A program made the translations under genes and the position numbers. Positions 1 through 14,085 of a DNA stretch of 64,000 nt are shown one piece after another (position 1 is the stretch's first letter; each line of letters begins with the position of its first letter). Source of the stretch: Octopus sinensis (taxonomy: Eukaryota); NCBI RefSeq assembly GCF_006345805.1, contig NC_043008.1, forward strand, positions 57,350,001 to 57,414,000, read 5' to 3'. The notes under the pieces were generated by a model, which saw only the letters and a program-made list of their open reading frames with translations, searched no databases and was not told where the DNA came from.

Positions 1-265
1 TGTCTTCTACTATAGCCCTGAGCCAACCAAAAACTTGAGTAGATTTGGAAGACAGAAACTGAAAGAAGCTTGTGTGTATGTGTGTGTGTCACCATCACTT
101 CACAATCGGTATTGTTTTGCTTATGTCCTTATCACTTAGTAATTCACAAGAATCTGATAGAATAAGTACCAGACATTAAAAATGTACTGGGGTTGATTTA
201 TTGCACTAGACCATTCCAGGTGGGTGCATCAGCATGGCTGCAATCCCATGACACAAGTAGAGAGA
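1..265 (+). mobile_element. SINE family A, diverged copy cut by window edge
   Basis: Matches the body and tail of the family A copies elsewhere in the window (tgtcttctactatagcc...gatagaataagtacc...cagcatggc). Confidence 0.75.
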
Positions 266-1307
266 AAAGATACAGTACATATGGAACACAATTTTTTTTT
301 AATTTTTTTGTGTACACGATTCTGAGATCAATCCAGGCTGCAAGAGTTTTTTTTTCTGCCACGTTCCAAATTCAACAAAAAGCCTTGCAAGTGAAACTGG
401 GAAGACACTGTATGACAGACCACCAGATGAACCACACCTGTAATTAGTGTGCAGTTGTCAGTCCCCACACTCAACATTCACACTGAGTAGGTAGTTGCAA
501 TGACTTGTCAAAACCAAACAGCTATATCTATATATGTACCTATATCCTGGCTTACAGCCAGAGATCCAGCTGACAAAGAATGTCAGTAGACCAACTCTAC
601 TTAAGGAGATCTAAGACTGGCAACAAGAGCTAATGTACTTTATACCTAGTATTGAGTACTCGTTCAGTTACTAAATTCCCTGTTAAAATGTGTGTTTAAT
701 TACTAGCATTTTAATACATATTCTGAAAATGTTTATGAATGGCGGTGCCCCAGCATGGCCACAGCTCGTGAGCTGAAACTAGATAAAGTGATGAATGATA
801 AAAGTAGGTGACCCCCTACATTAATCAACGCATTAAATTGCACTTGATACAAATTGTGATTTCTCATTTAGGTAAGAGGCCAGAAATTGAGAAGCCTATC
901 CTTATAGGCTTTGATGCATTAAACTCTTTCCCTACTCCCCACCTAAAAATGCACTGCTGAAATAATAGTTGTATCTAATATGCTCGTGCGTCTTTTAAGC
1001 CATGATACAATATGCTGACAACTCAGCCATAATACATTTAGCAGCCATCAAATTGGGAAACTGAGGGAAGGGAGGTAACTTTGGATAGCAATGACATCAT
1101 GGTGTTATTTGGTTCAGCACTAAAATCTTGATTTCCTCAGTACACTCCATACGTACTACATAATATTAATTTATTATAATTTACAACTGGATGATGTAAG
1201 AACGTTAGCTTAATGTCTACGTGAATCACTGAAACTAATAACCATCTTAAAAACATACAGAAAACAAGTTTCATTTTATTTTCTATTCTGACTTGAAAAC
1301 AAGGTTT

Positions 1308-1695
1308 GAGTGGCTGTGTGGTAAGTAGCTTGCTTACCAACCACATGGTTCCGGGTTCAGTCCCACTGCGTGGCATCTTGGGCAAGCGTCTTCTGCTAGA
1401 GCCCCGGGCCGACCAATGCCTTGTGAGTGGATTTGGTAGACGGAAACTGAAAGAAGCCTGTCGTATATATTTATATATATATATGTGTGTGTATGTGTTT
1501 GTGTGTCTGTCCCCCTAGCATTGCTTGACAACCGATGCTGGTGTGTTTACGTCCCCATCACTTAGCGGTTCGGCAAAAGAGACCGATAGAATAAGTACCG
1601 GGCTTACAAAGAATAAGTCCCGGGGTCGATTTGCTCAACTAAAAGGCGGTGCTCCAGCATGGCCACAGTCAAATGACTGAAACAAGGAAAAGAGT
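1308..1695 (+). mobile_element. SINE family A (tRNA-derived head, central microsatellite, gagtaaa-type tail), near full length
   Basis: A-box-like tggctgtgtgg, B-box-like gggttcagtcc, and the same ~390-bp body repeated more than 15 times in the window. Confidence 0.92.
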
Positions 1696-1794
1696 ATCTG
1701 TCAGTTGTCCCAGTTGAAACAACTGGTCCCAATCAATAGACAAAGTGATGATGATCATATGTAAAGAGCAATTTTCTTCTCTACAAGACCTTAA

Positions 1795-1952
1795 ATGCAC
1801 CCACTACACTCACGGAGTGGTTGGCGTCAGGAAGGGCATCCAGCTGTAGAAACACTGCCAGATCAGACTGGTGCAGCCTTCTGGCTTCCCAGACCCCGGT
1901 TGAACCGTCCAACCCATGCTAGCCTGGAAAACGGACGTTAAACGATGATGAT
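1795..1952 (+). mobile_element. RTE-type LINE/SINE 3' tail ending in (GAT)n
   Basis: gcacccactacact...aggaagggcatccagctgtagaaa...ccaacccatgctagc...gacgttaaacgatgatg. Further copies at about 5270-5400, 21180-21240, 24905-25070, 28650-28860, 50230-50420, 58558-58740, 59190-59500 and 59770-59960. RTE assignment is by resemblance. Confidence 0.7.
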
Positions 1953-2498
1953 AAATTCTGGGTTCAGTTCTACTATGCAGCACCTCAGGTCAGACAAGTG
2001 TCTTTTCTAATAGCCTCAGCTTAACCAACGCCTACCAGTGGAATTTGGTTTGTAGGAAAAGTGTGGAAGTCTGTTGCATACCAGTGGAATATATACATTG
2101 ACAAGAAAATGGATTAACATGGGACATGCAAAACACCTTGTGGTATTTATTCTATCCCGAGTTACAAAGACATTTTGACGTCACTCGCCATTGAAGAATA
2201 ATGCACCAGTGATCAATTGGAAACCTACAACCGGTTATGCTATTGCTTGCAATTTACACAATTTCAAAAAAAAATCTATTTTATTGACAAAAATCAAGAG
2301 GCTAAAAATTATTAGAGCACAAAAGGCCTATAAGCTATTCAAAAATACAGACTTAATTTCACAAACATTTGTCATGTCAAATCTGTGTTGCTTGAATAGT
2401 GACCTGGTTACAATACATGCAATATAACCATGTAACAAATGTTTAAGTGAAATTAATACTGTTAGTTTTTATTCATCCATCATGTCTCTTCCATACTG

Positions 2499-3007
2499 CA
2501 AATTGGAGTATGGGATTCAAGCCTCTTATCTCCTCAAAGACATACAGCATCTCGAAAGAGTCCAAAAGCTGGCTACCCGCATGGTTCTTGGTCTCAAGCA
2601 TTTGTCTTATGAAGAAAGGCTGAAGACGCTCGACCTTTATTCTCTAGAAAAACAATGACGCCGTGGTGATTTCATTCTTGCTCACAACATCATAAGCGGA
2701 AAGTGTAACCTCTCGAAAGAGCTGTTCTTCACTCCTGCTCCAGAGCGTCGGCTGCGGGGTCACTCTGAAAAGCTCTATCTGCGACGATTTCATCTCAATC
2801 GAAGGAGAAGGGCTCTCTCCGTCCGGGTTGCAGATCCATGGAATAAGCTGCCGGACGAGATGGTGAAGATGCCGACAACCGCTCGGTTCAAAGTCTCCCT
2901 TGACCACACGTGGCCTGAACTCTTTACATGAACACCACCCTGTACATAACTTCATGTCCCCCTACATGGCCTTGCTTTTTGAGCCAAATAATTAACTAAC
3001 TAACTAA
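2499..3007 (+). mobile_element. CR1-clade LINE 3' fragment (ORF2 C-terminus, 3' UTR, (AACT)n tail)
   Basis: Translates [56 protein letters not shown]...RLRGHSEKL...SVRVADPWNKLP, the typical CR1 ORF2 end; one internal stop. Confidence 0.9.
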
Positions 3008-4133
3008 ATCATTTTAGTTTCAACAGTCTCGGATCGAAACACTCACCTGGTTAGAACACCAGCAAACTAAGACTAACCTTCTATATTCTAGATATTGCTG
3101 ATACTTTATTTTCAATTACTTGAAAAAATGATACTTTTATAGCAAGTATGTGAACTAAACTGCTCTTTCGGGTGAGGATTGTTGCTCTTTTGTTTTAAAT
3201 TGATACTTATATCCAATACCATCCACATTAAAATTTTGGTTAATTCAAAAGCAATATGCTGGTTCATTTTTTTTATCTTTTATTACTTTTTAATTCAATT
3301 GAAGGATTGAAAATAACATGAACACTACAGAAAATTCATAAAGAGCCACAATGAGAACACTTGTGCTGTGTGACACTGCAATGGACTCGATTTAACCAGA
3401 AACGCCAAAGTGAAATGGGAAAAGGAACAATGGGACATCTCCTTTCTGTGACGAACAGTTACAGACAAGAGTTACTCTTGATAAGATTCTTCTCGTAGAG
3501 ACACTTTGAGAAATAAAGAATTTACAAGATTGCATCAAAACAAAAATGTGTCAAGATTTTAAAAGGACTTGGTAATTACTCAATAGGCTTATTTAAATAG
3601 ATATGGAGCCAAATCCTGTAGGAGGCCAAATTAGATAATTAATGATAGGTTTTCAATCACAGAAAGAGGAGAGTCACCACTAGTGCAATTTGAACTCGGA
3701 ATAGTGCAGTATCAAACTAGATAAAATAGAGCATCCATTGCAACAGAACTGTCAGTCACCTCTTCAGAACACAAATTTTTAAAACATGTGAAGACGAGGA
3801 GTAAGCATGTGGCATTTGCCAAAATCTTCCATGTACTTCACATGAACCTTGGCTTATTTAACAACAGTGTTTGGCTGCATGTATGCCTTTCCAATCATGA
3901 ATTGGTTGAAGCTTGTGGTGAATGAGGAATCTTTTGCCAGTCAAATAGACAAAGGCAAAAGAACAGCTTGCCTCACTCACAATCACAAAACAAATGTAAG
4001 GCTAATTTATATAACTCATAATTAACAATAATCAAGTCTTAGAAGACAAGTTACTACCTATATATATGTATATATATATGCGTACTCACTTTATACAGAT
4101 AATGTTTTGATCTACATCAAATGTAGTTTTTAC

Positions 4134-4244
4134 CTTGCTTCGCAGACGATTTAGCTCTTGTCTCAGAGGTTCGACTGCACGGTTAACTTCTTCCGAAACA
4201 ACAGTTTTTATTGTCTGCAGGAGAGCTGGATCAAGTGCTGCCAT
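4134..4244 (-). CDS. Candidate first coding exon of an unidentified gene (MAALDPALLQTIKTVVSEEVNRAVEPLRQELNRLRSK)
   Basis: Near-perfect Kozak gctaccATGG (ATG 4244-4242), 37 open codons, donor AAG|gtaaaa at 4133, acceptor tttccag| before 4252, and higher GC than the flanks. No homolog recognised. Confidence 0.55.
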
Positions 4245-7200
4245 GGTAGCCACTGGAAACGATTCGGCTAAGTTGGCTTAAGACGGTTAATTTCTCACCA
4301 GTACTGATTAGGTAAGAGTTTAAGAATGCAACTACAAATTGTCAATATGAGTTTAATATTTTTTTTAAGTCTAGTAAATTAACAAGGGACTATATACACC
4401 AAATAGTGTTAATTACAATATCAGGCTGCTGTATATGTAGCATAAGTAACTATGCAAACCAACAGTTAATGAATGCTACCAATCTATCAGTCTCATGCAG
4501 CAAGCAATTATGTAATTAATAACCACCACAAACAATTTCATAATTTACATTATTCAGACCAATTCAACAATTAAATGACTGACATTTGTCATACTGACTA
4601 ATAACACTTTTAGAAAAAAAGTCTCTAAAATAAATCTTTTGTTTGCCAAAACAAAAAAGTTGTGGGAGATCAAGATTTACCCTATGTCTCTCCTGAATAA
4701 AATATTTTGATGAATTCGTTTTATCTGTGAAATTAAAGTCTTTGTTAGGCTGGAGTTTTCAAAAGATTATTTTTACTTCTGGCTTTTTTGTTTTATTGTC
4801 CCTGAAAGAGTCTAGGTTCGTTTTGAATGTAAAGATAATATGGTGTGTAATTTATCCATCAGTTTGATCCTCACCACGAGACTGGTTTTGATAGAACCAG
4901 CAAGCTAAGACCAAAGTCAATATTTATTACAAGAAAACAATGAAAAATCTAACACCAAGACAGTGCAACAAACCTCAACATCTGCAAGCACAGCTCCTTC
5001 GTTGAAAAATGTGAAAGGTCCTCAGTATCAAAAAGAATGTCGACTCCATGCAGTTGGACATTTCCCCATAATTTTCTCATATTTTGCCTCATTTACATAA
5101 AGTTGCTACAATAATTTTTGTAAGAATTTACACAACCAAATACCATGTTAGAATAAAAGACCATTAACTACTGACCTATCAATTGCCTCTTGAGAAGACA
5201 ACATTGCTATGGCATTTGTAGTACTTGTTTACAAATAAACTGGTGAAAAATACTTCATCTTAAACCAGCATCATCATTCAACATTCATTTTCCATGCTGG
5301 CATGGGTTGGACAGGAGCTGACTAGCTAAACAGCTGGTCAGGTTCCATGTCTGGTTGCCCTTCCTAACAGCAACCACTTTAGTATAAGGGGTTCTTTTAT
5401 GCAGCACCTATGAGCCCACAAGATTAGGGATGCTCAGCTGGAGCCTGTATGCAAGGGCAACCAAGCTTGCTTTTACTTAGCCTAAAGTGTCTTTTCAAGC
5501 ATAGCAAACTATCAGGAGTCTCAGTCCCCTGCCATCCCTTCTGTTAGTCCCAAAGTCTGTAGACCCTTTCTCACCACTTTGTCCTACATCTTCTTGGGTC
5601 TACCCCTTCCACATGCTCCCTCTACAATTAGGGAACAAGGCTATTGTTTACTGCCATGCAAATCTATGATCAAAAGCATTCAAGCTATGACCATTCAACC
5701 GGTCTATAGGAGTTTCTAAGACATTCTAAAATGCCCTTCATTTTTTGTTTTTTTAACCCCATGACAAAGGGTTGCGCTTATGATAATCATCTTGGCTGAA
5801 ATCAGCAATTAGCACACAACAGTTCAGTGTATATTTTACATCAACTGCTTTAAAGCATGCACTGTTCATTTATGTAAAGTGTCATTGCTGCAAGGACCGT
5901 AAATTCAACAAAACTGGCATAGCTGGATGCAACTATAAATTCTGTAAAGGACCAGAAGAATCTGCTGAACGTGTACAAATATGACAGGAAGTCCTGGTGT
6001 AACTGCCAAAACTGCTGCTTTTATAGTATTATGGTAATGAAGTCTCGAACTGGGTTGGAAATATTTACAGGAATCTAACAAACCTATCAGATTCCTTGAA
6101 ATTTGCACAGTGGTTTCTGTTATCAATTCTGTGAGTGATAGTGGATATCTATATCAACTTGTACACAAACAGGTACAAAACCGCAGCAGATAGGGCTGCA
6201 GGTATTTATCATCTGATTCAGAGTGAGTTTACAGCACACATAAATTTATGGGGTTAAAATGGATGAGTGCGACTCGGGTGAGTCTTGGTTACAACATGTA
6301 GCAAGTTTTACTACTATAAAGACACTAGTTGCAAGAAAGATATAACGGACATGCAAGAGGTCAGTATTACTAATGAAACAGTTTATTAGTCACTCTAAGC
6401 AAAATGTTCCTTAGAAGCATTAGATAAGGCTAACAAGTGGATTGTTCAACTAAGATACAGCATACAGAAAAAATTATCAAAAAAGAATATTAAAAAAAAA
6501 CATTGAATTCATTTTACCAAGGGCTGGACCAGGAATATTGCCTCTGCACAAATGTCCTGTTTTCTAAATGACCCTATATCATTACTTCATCTCAAGTCTG
6601 TTACTGTCATGCACTATACCATCTCGCTGCTTTATTACACTATGACAATAAAACAGATCTAGCCAAAATACTGTACGACTGAAATAGACTGATCGATCTT
6701 TTGGGCAATATGATTGCTTTAGTTTTCATTTTACTTGGGGAGGGGCCTTCACTTGGCCGCAATGTTTCTCATGATCACAATACACATCCTGTATGAAACC
6801 CAACAGCTGACATAGTTGGAACTTACTTTTATAAAGCATTACACAATTCCAATGTGCACCCTTACAGCCTACATTAAATCTATCACCAACACGAGAGATA
6901 ATTCTCCTTGACTTCTCCCTTTTACTCCAGCTAACATCAAAATTAATTTGATCAAAATAAAACTCACAATCTAGACAAAAATGGAAAAAAAAAAAAAAAA
7001 ACGGAACATTCTCAGACCGACGCTACACCACATAAAAGCTGACTACATGATGGAGTGCACAGTTTGGTCCTTAACTTGGCAGAGATATGGTGTATCAAGG
7101 GCAGTAATGGTAAACCTGTGACACAAAGATCAGTGACATACTGAAGGTTTTTAGACAACACTGGACTTTAGAAGGGAAAAAAGATTTCGAACAGATTATA

Positions 7201-9104
7201 TATCACTTATCTAAAATAAAAATGTATATATGATACACTAATAACAGGATTATTAAAGAAACAAAAATTGACACACTGATCTATAAACCGTTCACCAGTG
7301 ATCTGCAATAAATATCTGGATGACACCTGGTCGTTGAACCTACATTTGTGACATGAGTCAACTTGATCAGGGATGAACTGTGGCTAAACGACTACCATAA
7401 ATTCAACCCCAACTCCCCATAATTAATATCAGCTAATTAACAGGTCTTCAAACAATGGCCTTTAAAGCTCATGTATACAAATCAATGATGCTATTTATTC
7501 CCTGTCAGACAACCTCACAGCCATCAATATACAAATATCAGCACTTCAATACAAAAGGGTTACGTTCACTAAACGTAGATATTATCAGTACCTAGACGCT
7601 TTCATTTCGGGTTTTAATTTTTCAATACTTTTTGAAGATGTGGCATACACAAAGAAAAAAGAAACAATAGAAAACTTGCTAATTTTCTTTCCATGTTAGC
7701 ATAAATAGAATATTGTATTTACATCTATGCATATTTTTTTTAGCATCAAACTAGTCAGACAAGAAGAGGCATTAATTCTCCTCTCCTCTTCTCCCCCCAA
7801 ACAATAAGGTTCTGTCTGAACAAATGAGCCCTGTAAAAGTACATGGCCTAGATTCGTTTCATTCAACCGGCCCTAGCATCTTGCCATAACTTCTTTGGCT
7901 GCTCTCTGAAAAGTCTCAGTATTGAGAGATGAAACTGTGAAAATGAATAAGGAAAAGCAAGGACCAGTCTTTTGATCCAGTGAAGTGAAAGAGGGAAAGG
8001 GATAAGGGGGGAAAGGAAAACAAAGCAAGGGGCAGGTGTGCAAAGTTAAAGGAAAGGAAATGTGAAAATATATAGGATATGCATTTAATATGGTGTGTGT
8101 AGGACAAAGGAAAGCAGGGATGGTGAAAGGAGGACGTCACAAAAGAGTCTGCAAAAAGAGGGTGACAGTTTAAATGAAGAGGCAGACGAACAAACAGTCA
8201 AAGAAAAAGGTAGGATGGAGTAGATAGACAGGCAGATTTAGAGAGAACGAATGCAAGAAAGGGGTAAGATGAAAAGTGCATAGAGGTAGAGAAAAAAAAA
8301 AGTGGCTGCTATACACACACAACAAATAGAGAAAAAAAGAGTAAGCAGTAGACAGTTCCAGCTTTCGATTAAAATAAAAGCAGATGCAAATGCTTGAATC
8401 TCACGAGCATCACTGCTAATATTGATCTCTTTGTGGTCAAAGTATAAGACCAAGAGCTAGTCCAGCTGTCTACGGAAATGTAACGGAGGGGTATTTGAGT
8501 CGTGTCCACGTAGCCCTCGAAGAATTAAAACTAAAGCAAGTTAAGGAGAGTTTGACACTATTACAAGATAGCTAAAACAGGGAAGAAGCTGTTTTCTCTA
8601 CTTAACCATCTCAAATCTTTGCCACCCTATCGGTAGTACATGTAGAGGAAATTTGAGAAGCTCAATCAGGGTGGGGGGAAAGAGATAGTGAGGAAATAAG
8701 ACGATGTACAGAGAAGCGGGGGGATGGTGATGAGGAGATAGAGAATAAATTAACGATGTTAGGATGAAAAGAAAAAAAATAAGTGGCAGACTTTAGAGTG
8801 CGGGGGAGAAAGAAAACAGATAGACGGGTGGATGAAGGAGAAAATCAAGTTCTAAGAATTACCATATTAGATGAAAATGGCAAAACATGAAATGAAGACA
8901 TGTATTCAAAGCAGAGACTGGACGTTATTTTAACGGTATTGAGTACTTTTTCCCCCAGTGTGTGTGAGAACGAATAAAAGAAATTTAAATTTAACAGATG
9001 TTAAATGAAATTTAGAGAGATGGAGAGCAAAACTTGATACATCTGAAATCGAATGGAATAGGAGAATCTAGAAGCACAACCGCGCACACATACATACATA
9101 CATA

Positions 9105-9256
9105 TATTTCTTTATTGCCCACAAGGGGCTAAACTTAGAGGGGACAAACAAGGACAGACAAAGGGATTAAGTCGATTACATCGATCCCCAGTGCGAAACT
9201 GGTACTTTATTTATCGACCCCGAAAGGATGAAAGGCAAAGTCGACCTCGGCGGAAT
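9105..9256 (-). mobile_element. SINE family B, 5'-truncated
   Basis: tatttctttattgcccacaagg...cccgaaaggatgaaaggcaaagtcgacctcggcggaat, shared with other family B copies. Confidence 0.88.
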
Positions 9257-11013
9257 CACGAATATATTATTGCATGAGATTTAATTTATGAATTTAAGGT
9301 ATGAAGACAAATATTAAAAAACTAAGCTAAGTATAAGGAGATAAATAAAATTACAAGTTTGATGCAAACATTCGTTGGACATTCGACAAAATTAATGTTT
9401 GACAAGCGATTGTCTGAAAAAGGAATACTTAAACCACCCGACAAGCTTCGTTAAAACAGTTTCTCTCCATATATACAGCATAAATAAATAAGCTTTTAAA
9501 ATTGAAATGAAGATTATGGATAACAAATTTTTATTTCATTTCCAAGATATTCTACGGTTGCTTGATCATGTGAGCAAAAACTTTCCCCAGATAGAAATAT
9601 ATTAAAACATTGCTGCTGCACCTATAGGAAAATTCCCACGTTTATATAACAATTAACAAACCATCAGACAAATCTCTAAATTTCATCAACTTCGAGATCG
9701 CCTCGACATAGCTTGGTGACCTTGAGAAAGGCATGAACTTCATCGAATCATTTCCACCGATCAAACCCGCTCCATAGCAGTGCTGATCAAGCGAAAGTAC
9801 CATCGAAGATGTTCCTACCGAAGGATATGTCATCTTAGGTGCATCTAAGATGGCCTTATCTTACGTGTCCTTTAATTTTTTATTTTAACAATCTGTGATA
9901 AGGAAATTTGACTGCTATTTTTGGCAGGCACGGAGACCATGTTTTAAAAGCCAGCCTCCTCTTTTGCATGACGTCGCTAGCTAAATGTCCTTGAGAATGG
10001 TATACATCTTATACACTAATTTCTACCAGGCTTCAAAAAAGAGAAAAAAAAATACTGGCTGTAAGTAATATTGGCTATAAATATAATAAAGGAAAAAGCC
10101 ATACAATAAAGAAAAGAGGAATTTTAGAAGAAAATGGGTGCAGCAAATTTGACTAGAAAAAAAAAAGGAAAAAGAAACGACCGCCATATGACCTTCACCC
10201 CAAGCACTCAAGGTCATATCACATCCTAGGCCGTTTTTATTAATTTTTATCTGAATTTTTTACAATTAAAAAAGAAATTAGCTGATTAGTTAGGTGAAGA
10301 CAGAAGAAAAAAGGTTAGGATTGAATAATCAACGCCGTTAATATAATAGAAACGAACTTGCAACGTAGTATTGAAAAGAGTGAGAACACGCCATTATTAA
10401 AAGGTGTGGATGAGTACGTGACAAGTTAGCAGGGATTGGGAGGGAAAATACAAGGAAAAGAGGAAACAGAACAATGACTATAACAGGCAATAAATATCAC
10501 AGAACAAATATATCAATGCTGTAACAATGAAGAAGTGCGAAAAACTAACAAAAGATCCTTTGTTTAATTATTCCTTATGATTTTGGTCGGTTTAATTAAT
10601 GGTCGGTCGGTCGGTCGGCCTACTTTGAGAAGAAATAAGAAGGGAAGAAAAAAACGCCCTTCTCTCTCTTATTTAAAGAGTGGCAGAGATTAATCAAAGT
10701 TTAATGGAGAAAGCAATGACTACACATATGCAATATATAAATATTGCAGACAAAGGATTTTTTTCAATAGGTGGAAATAGGTTTATACACACTTCGACAT
10801 TATATCAATACGAATTTACACCTTCCACGCATTTAAAACCAACATTAACCGTTATCATTAAACTCTCATTAATAAACTGAACTTATTGCGATTGCAAATT
10901 AATTTCAGGCCTAATAGAATACATAATTAAGCTCGTTAAAACTTAAGTATAAAATAAAATATACTAATTAACATGTATGTCAAGCATATTTGATGTAATT
11001 ATTATGTGCAGAA

Positions 11014-11331
11014 TCGGTGCCGGATTTAGAGTCTGTGACGTCGTCGTTCGATATAACAAAGCCTGAGAGGATTTCGATCGTCTTTAATTAAATGACAAGA
11101 AATATGCTATTTAGCTATTTTCAGGGTCCCCCACCCTGCACAATGTGAGGCCCTCGGGCCAGAGTTTTCCGGCCTTTATGTCTAAATTCGGCGCTTTACG
11201 AGTCGACGAGGCCTTAACTTCACAGCACCCCACCTAAAACTTACACTAAGTCTCAATTAACGACTTATTTCCAAGTCCCTAAGGATCTAAAGTCCTAAGA
11301 TTTAGCCTTATATGCCTAAATCCGGCACCGA
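11014..11331. mobile_element. MITE-like element with perfect 16-bp TIRs (possibly PIF/Harbinger-like)
   Basis: tcggtgccggatttag (11014-11029) is the exact reverse complement of ctaaatccggcaccga (11316-11331). No TSD seen. Confidence 0.6.
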
Positions 11332-12924
11332 CAAGCTTTACCATATTTAATTAAATATTTCATGCTATATATAAAATATGTTTGGACACTAAAAAAGTAG
11401 AGATCAGTGCTCGGCCAACTGAATTTACATTATGATTTTTCATTCTTAAATATATATATTATGTATATTAGCTATTTTAAATTTCGAGAATTTCTTTGAA
11501 AAATGAAAAAAAAAATTGTTCATATATTATGAGAAAATTAAAATATTGCAAATGTCCTTGAGGAAACAAAGCATGAACACCACAGAATCTCATCAGTTTA
11601 TATGTAAATACGTAATAACATCTAGTGATTGTGAAAAAAGAATAATTTGTGATAGTTTTGAAAATGAAATTTATTGGGTTTTGGGGTTTTGGATGTGTTT
11701 TTTGAATGTGAAAATAGGAACAAGGCGAAGGTATCCGTGTCACAGATAATTGTCAAGGACGAATGACGTCTGAGGGAGGGAGTAAGGAGGAGAGAGAGAG
11801 AAGAGGAGAATCAGAGAGAGAAAGGGAGGCAGAGTGGGAGAAGAAAAAAAAAAGGAAGAGAAGCAGAAAGGTAGAAAGAGAAAGTGAGAGGTAAATAAGG
11901 AGAGAGAGAAAGACAAAAAGGGAGATAGAGAAGAAAGAGTCAGTGATCAGACCCCCAAAAGAAAAAAAAAAAGAAGGGTAGAGTGGTGAAGGAAAAGGTT
12001 TTAGAATAATTATACAATTAGGAAAAAAAAATAACTAGAATTAAAAGAAATTTCATAAAGCAAAAAAATATTCTCCTCAGAAAGATATAAACATGAATTA
12101 ACTGATAACAATTATTATCATTATTATTATACGTGTCTAGTGTGATAGGAGAGAAGGGCTGTGGTAGAGAATAAATTAATAAACAAGACACAAATACACA
12201 GCAATAAGAAGAAAAAAAAATAGAGAGAGAAATGTCTATTGAGGGAGAGTGTTAAGGAGGCATCTTCTTACCTGAACACAAAGTCGTGATCTGACCAGGA
12301 CGTCAGGCGAGCATGCGTAAAACTATCAAGTACTGGTTGAGTCTATTATACACTTAGCATAAGGGGGTGATTAGGATATGTGAAGCATTAGGCTACTTTA
12401 CTGTTTTATTAATATTTATTATTTCTGGTGTGGTTTATGCACAAAGCCAGTAATTGTGTAATATTATGTGTGTATATATATATAGATAGATATATGCATA
12501 TATTCATTTATTTATTCATTCATTAAATGGTAATATTATAAGTTTGACAGAATCAGCTATGCAAGTTTGCTATTTGTACTTTATGTTATCGACCCAAGGG
12601 AGGAGCAAGGATGGTTTGCAGCAATGTGATGGGGGTTTGGGGTAGTGTGGCGAATAGCTAAAAATCTAGTCTTTCGTGATTGAGAGAGAGTGTGGTGGAG
12701 GGGGGGAATACTAAATATTGTGATATATTAAGTCTTGTGCTCTGAATTCTCTACACTAATTTCATACCAAAGCACAGTTAGTTCGTAAATTGTATTGGGG
12801 AGATAAAGGGATGCATGCATTTTCAATGAGATGATTAAAATCGTTTTAATTTCAAATGGGAATCGAAACTGCCTCCAAGGACTCGGTTTGCCGAAAGTTT
12901 ACCCATCTGATGATTTTGCATGAT

Positions 12925-12953
12925 AATATATATATAGATAGATATAGATATAG

Positions 12954-12984
<31 letters not shown>

Positions 12985-12986
12985 TA

Positions 12987-13060
<74 letters not shown>

Positions 13061-13100
13061 GGATGGATGGACGGACGGACGGACGGACGGACGGACAGAT
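12925..13100. repeat. Compound microsatellite (TA)/(GA)/(TAGA)/(TGGA)/(CGGA)/(CAGA)
   Basis: Read directly. Confidence 0.95.
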
Positions 13101-13874
13101 AGATTTGTTTTGGTTTTTTCGCATATTTTCTTGTTTAACTCTAAATCAGACGTAATCGAGCAGCTGTATGACCACGAAAATGTTCCAGCCGTGACCGCTA
13201 AGTATGAGTGACTACATACTACTACAGATACTCATTCGCAATATTTTCGTGGACAGAAGAAGAAGAAGAAAAAAACAGGATCAGCCGGACTAGTTTCAAT
13301 CCTTTGTTGGGATTTCACCAATGTCTGAGTATTCTTTTCATTCGCCCTCAGAGATACTACTTATAAAGGCTTCTGATTAGAGCCTTTTTTTTTTTTTCCT
13401 GTGTCCACAAAAATATTGTAGTGTTAACTAATGTCTACCCATGCAGTATTGGCTAAAAATCTATAACAATCCTACCTAACAACAACAGTTAACGCACCAG
13501 TAATTCATTAGTCAAACTTGCTTCCAAGAACGTGTTATACATTCAGATTAGTCTATTGTGTAAATTAGTTTACGTAAGCCCTTAGGCCCCTTGGTAACAG
13601 TCCGGTTGATCCCTTTTAGCGATGTCCCAATTGTTATAACATTGTCATAAAGGAAAAAGCAGTTTAATTGTGACTGGAATTGTTTCGTCATAAGACTACT
13701 TACTAAGAGGTGGCGAAGGGCTAGTAGCAAAACAACAGCAACAATCCTTATCCAATCATAGATATTAAACAACATTTGTATACTTGAGTAGTCCTTACTG
13801 TTAACCTCTCAAATTAATCTAGTTAACATAGACAAATACCGGAGTGTTAAATACCTTACAACAAAAATTCTTGA

Positions 13875-14085
13875 ATGGCCCAGTGGTTAGGGCAGCGGAC
13901 TTGCGGTCGGAGGATCGCGGTTTCGATTCCCAGACCTGGCGTTGTGTGTATTTATTGAGCGAAAACACCTAGAAGCTCCACGAGGCTCCGGCAGGGGGTG
14001 GTGGTGATCCCTGCTTTACTCTTTCACCACTCTAAAGGCGGTGCTCCAGCATGGCCGCAGTCAAAATGACTGAAACAAGTACAAA
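13875..14085 (+). mobile_element. SINE family C head (tRNA-Arg-like) joined to a family A tail
   Basis: atggcccagtggttagggcagcggac...ggtttcgattcccagacc, same head as 22114-22355; followed by aaaggcggtgctccagcatggccgcagtc. Confidence 0.8.

Noticed and set aside
646-679. Minus-strand micro-exon candidate (NLVTERVLNT)
   Set aside because: Its phase does not fit the phase-0 donor at 4133, and it is too short to support alone.
5890-6200. Exon-like composition with several donor motifs
   Set aside because: All frames are interrupted and no motif is convincing; probably a decayed transposon.
9642-9833. 63-aa minus ORF in CpG-containing sequence
   Set aside because: No splice support or recognisable homology.
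13150-13201. Apparent 52-nt plus-strand exon (DVIEQLYDHENVPAVTA)
   Set aside because: It resembles a dispersed repeat motif (compare tgatcaaaagcattcaagctatgacca near 5686) and has no linked exons.
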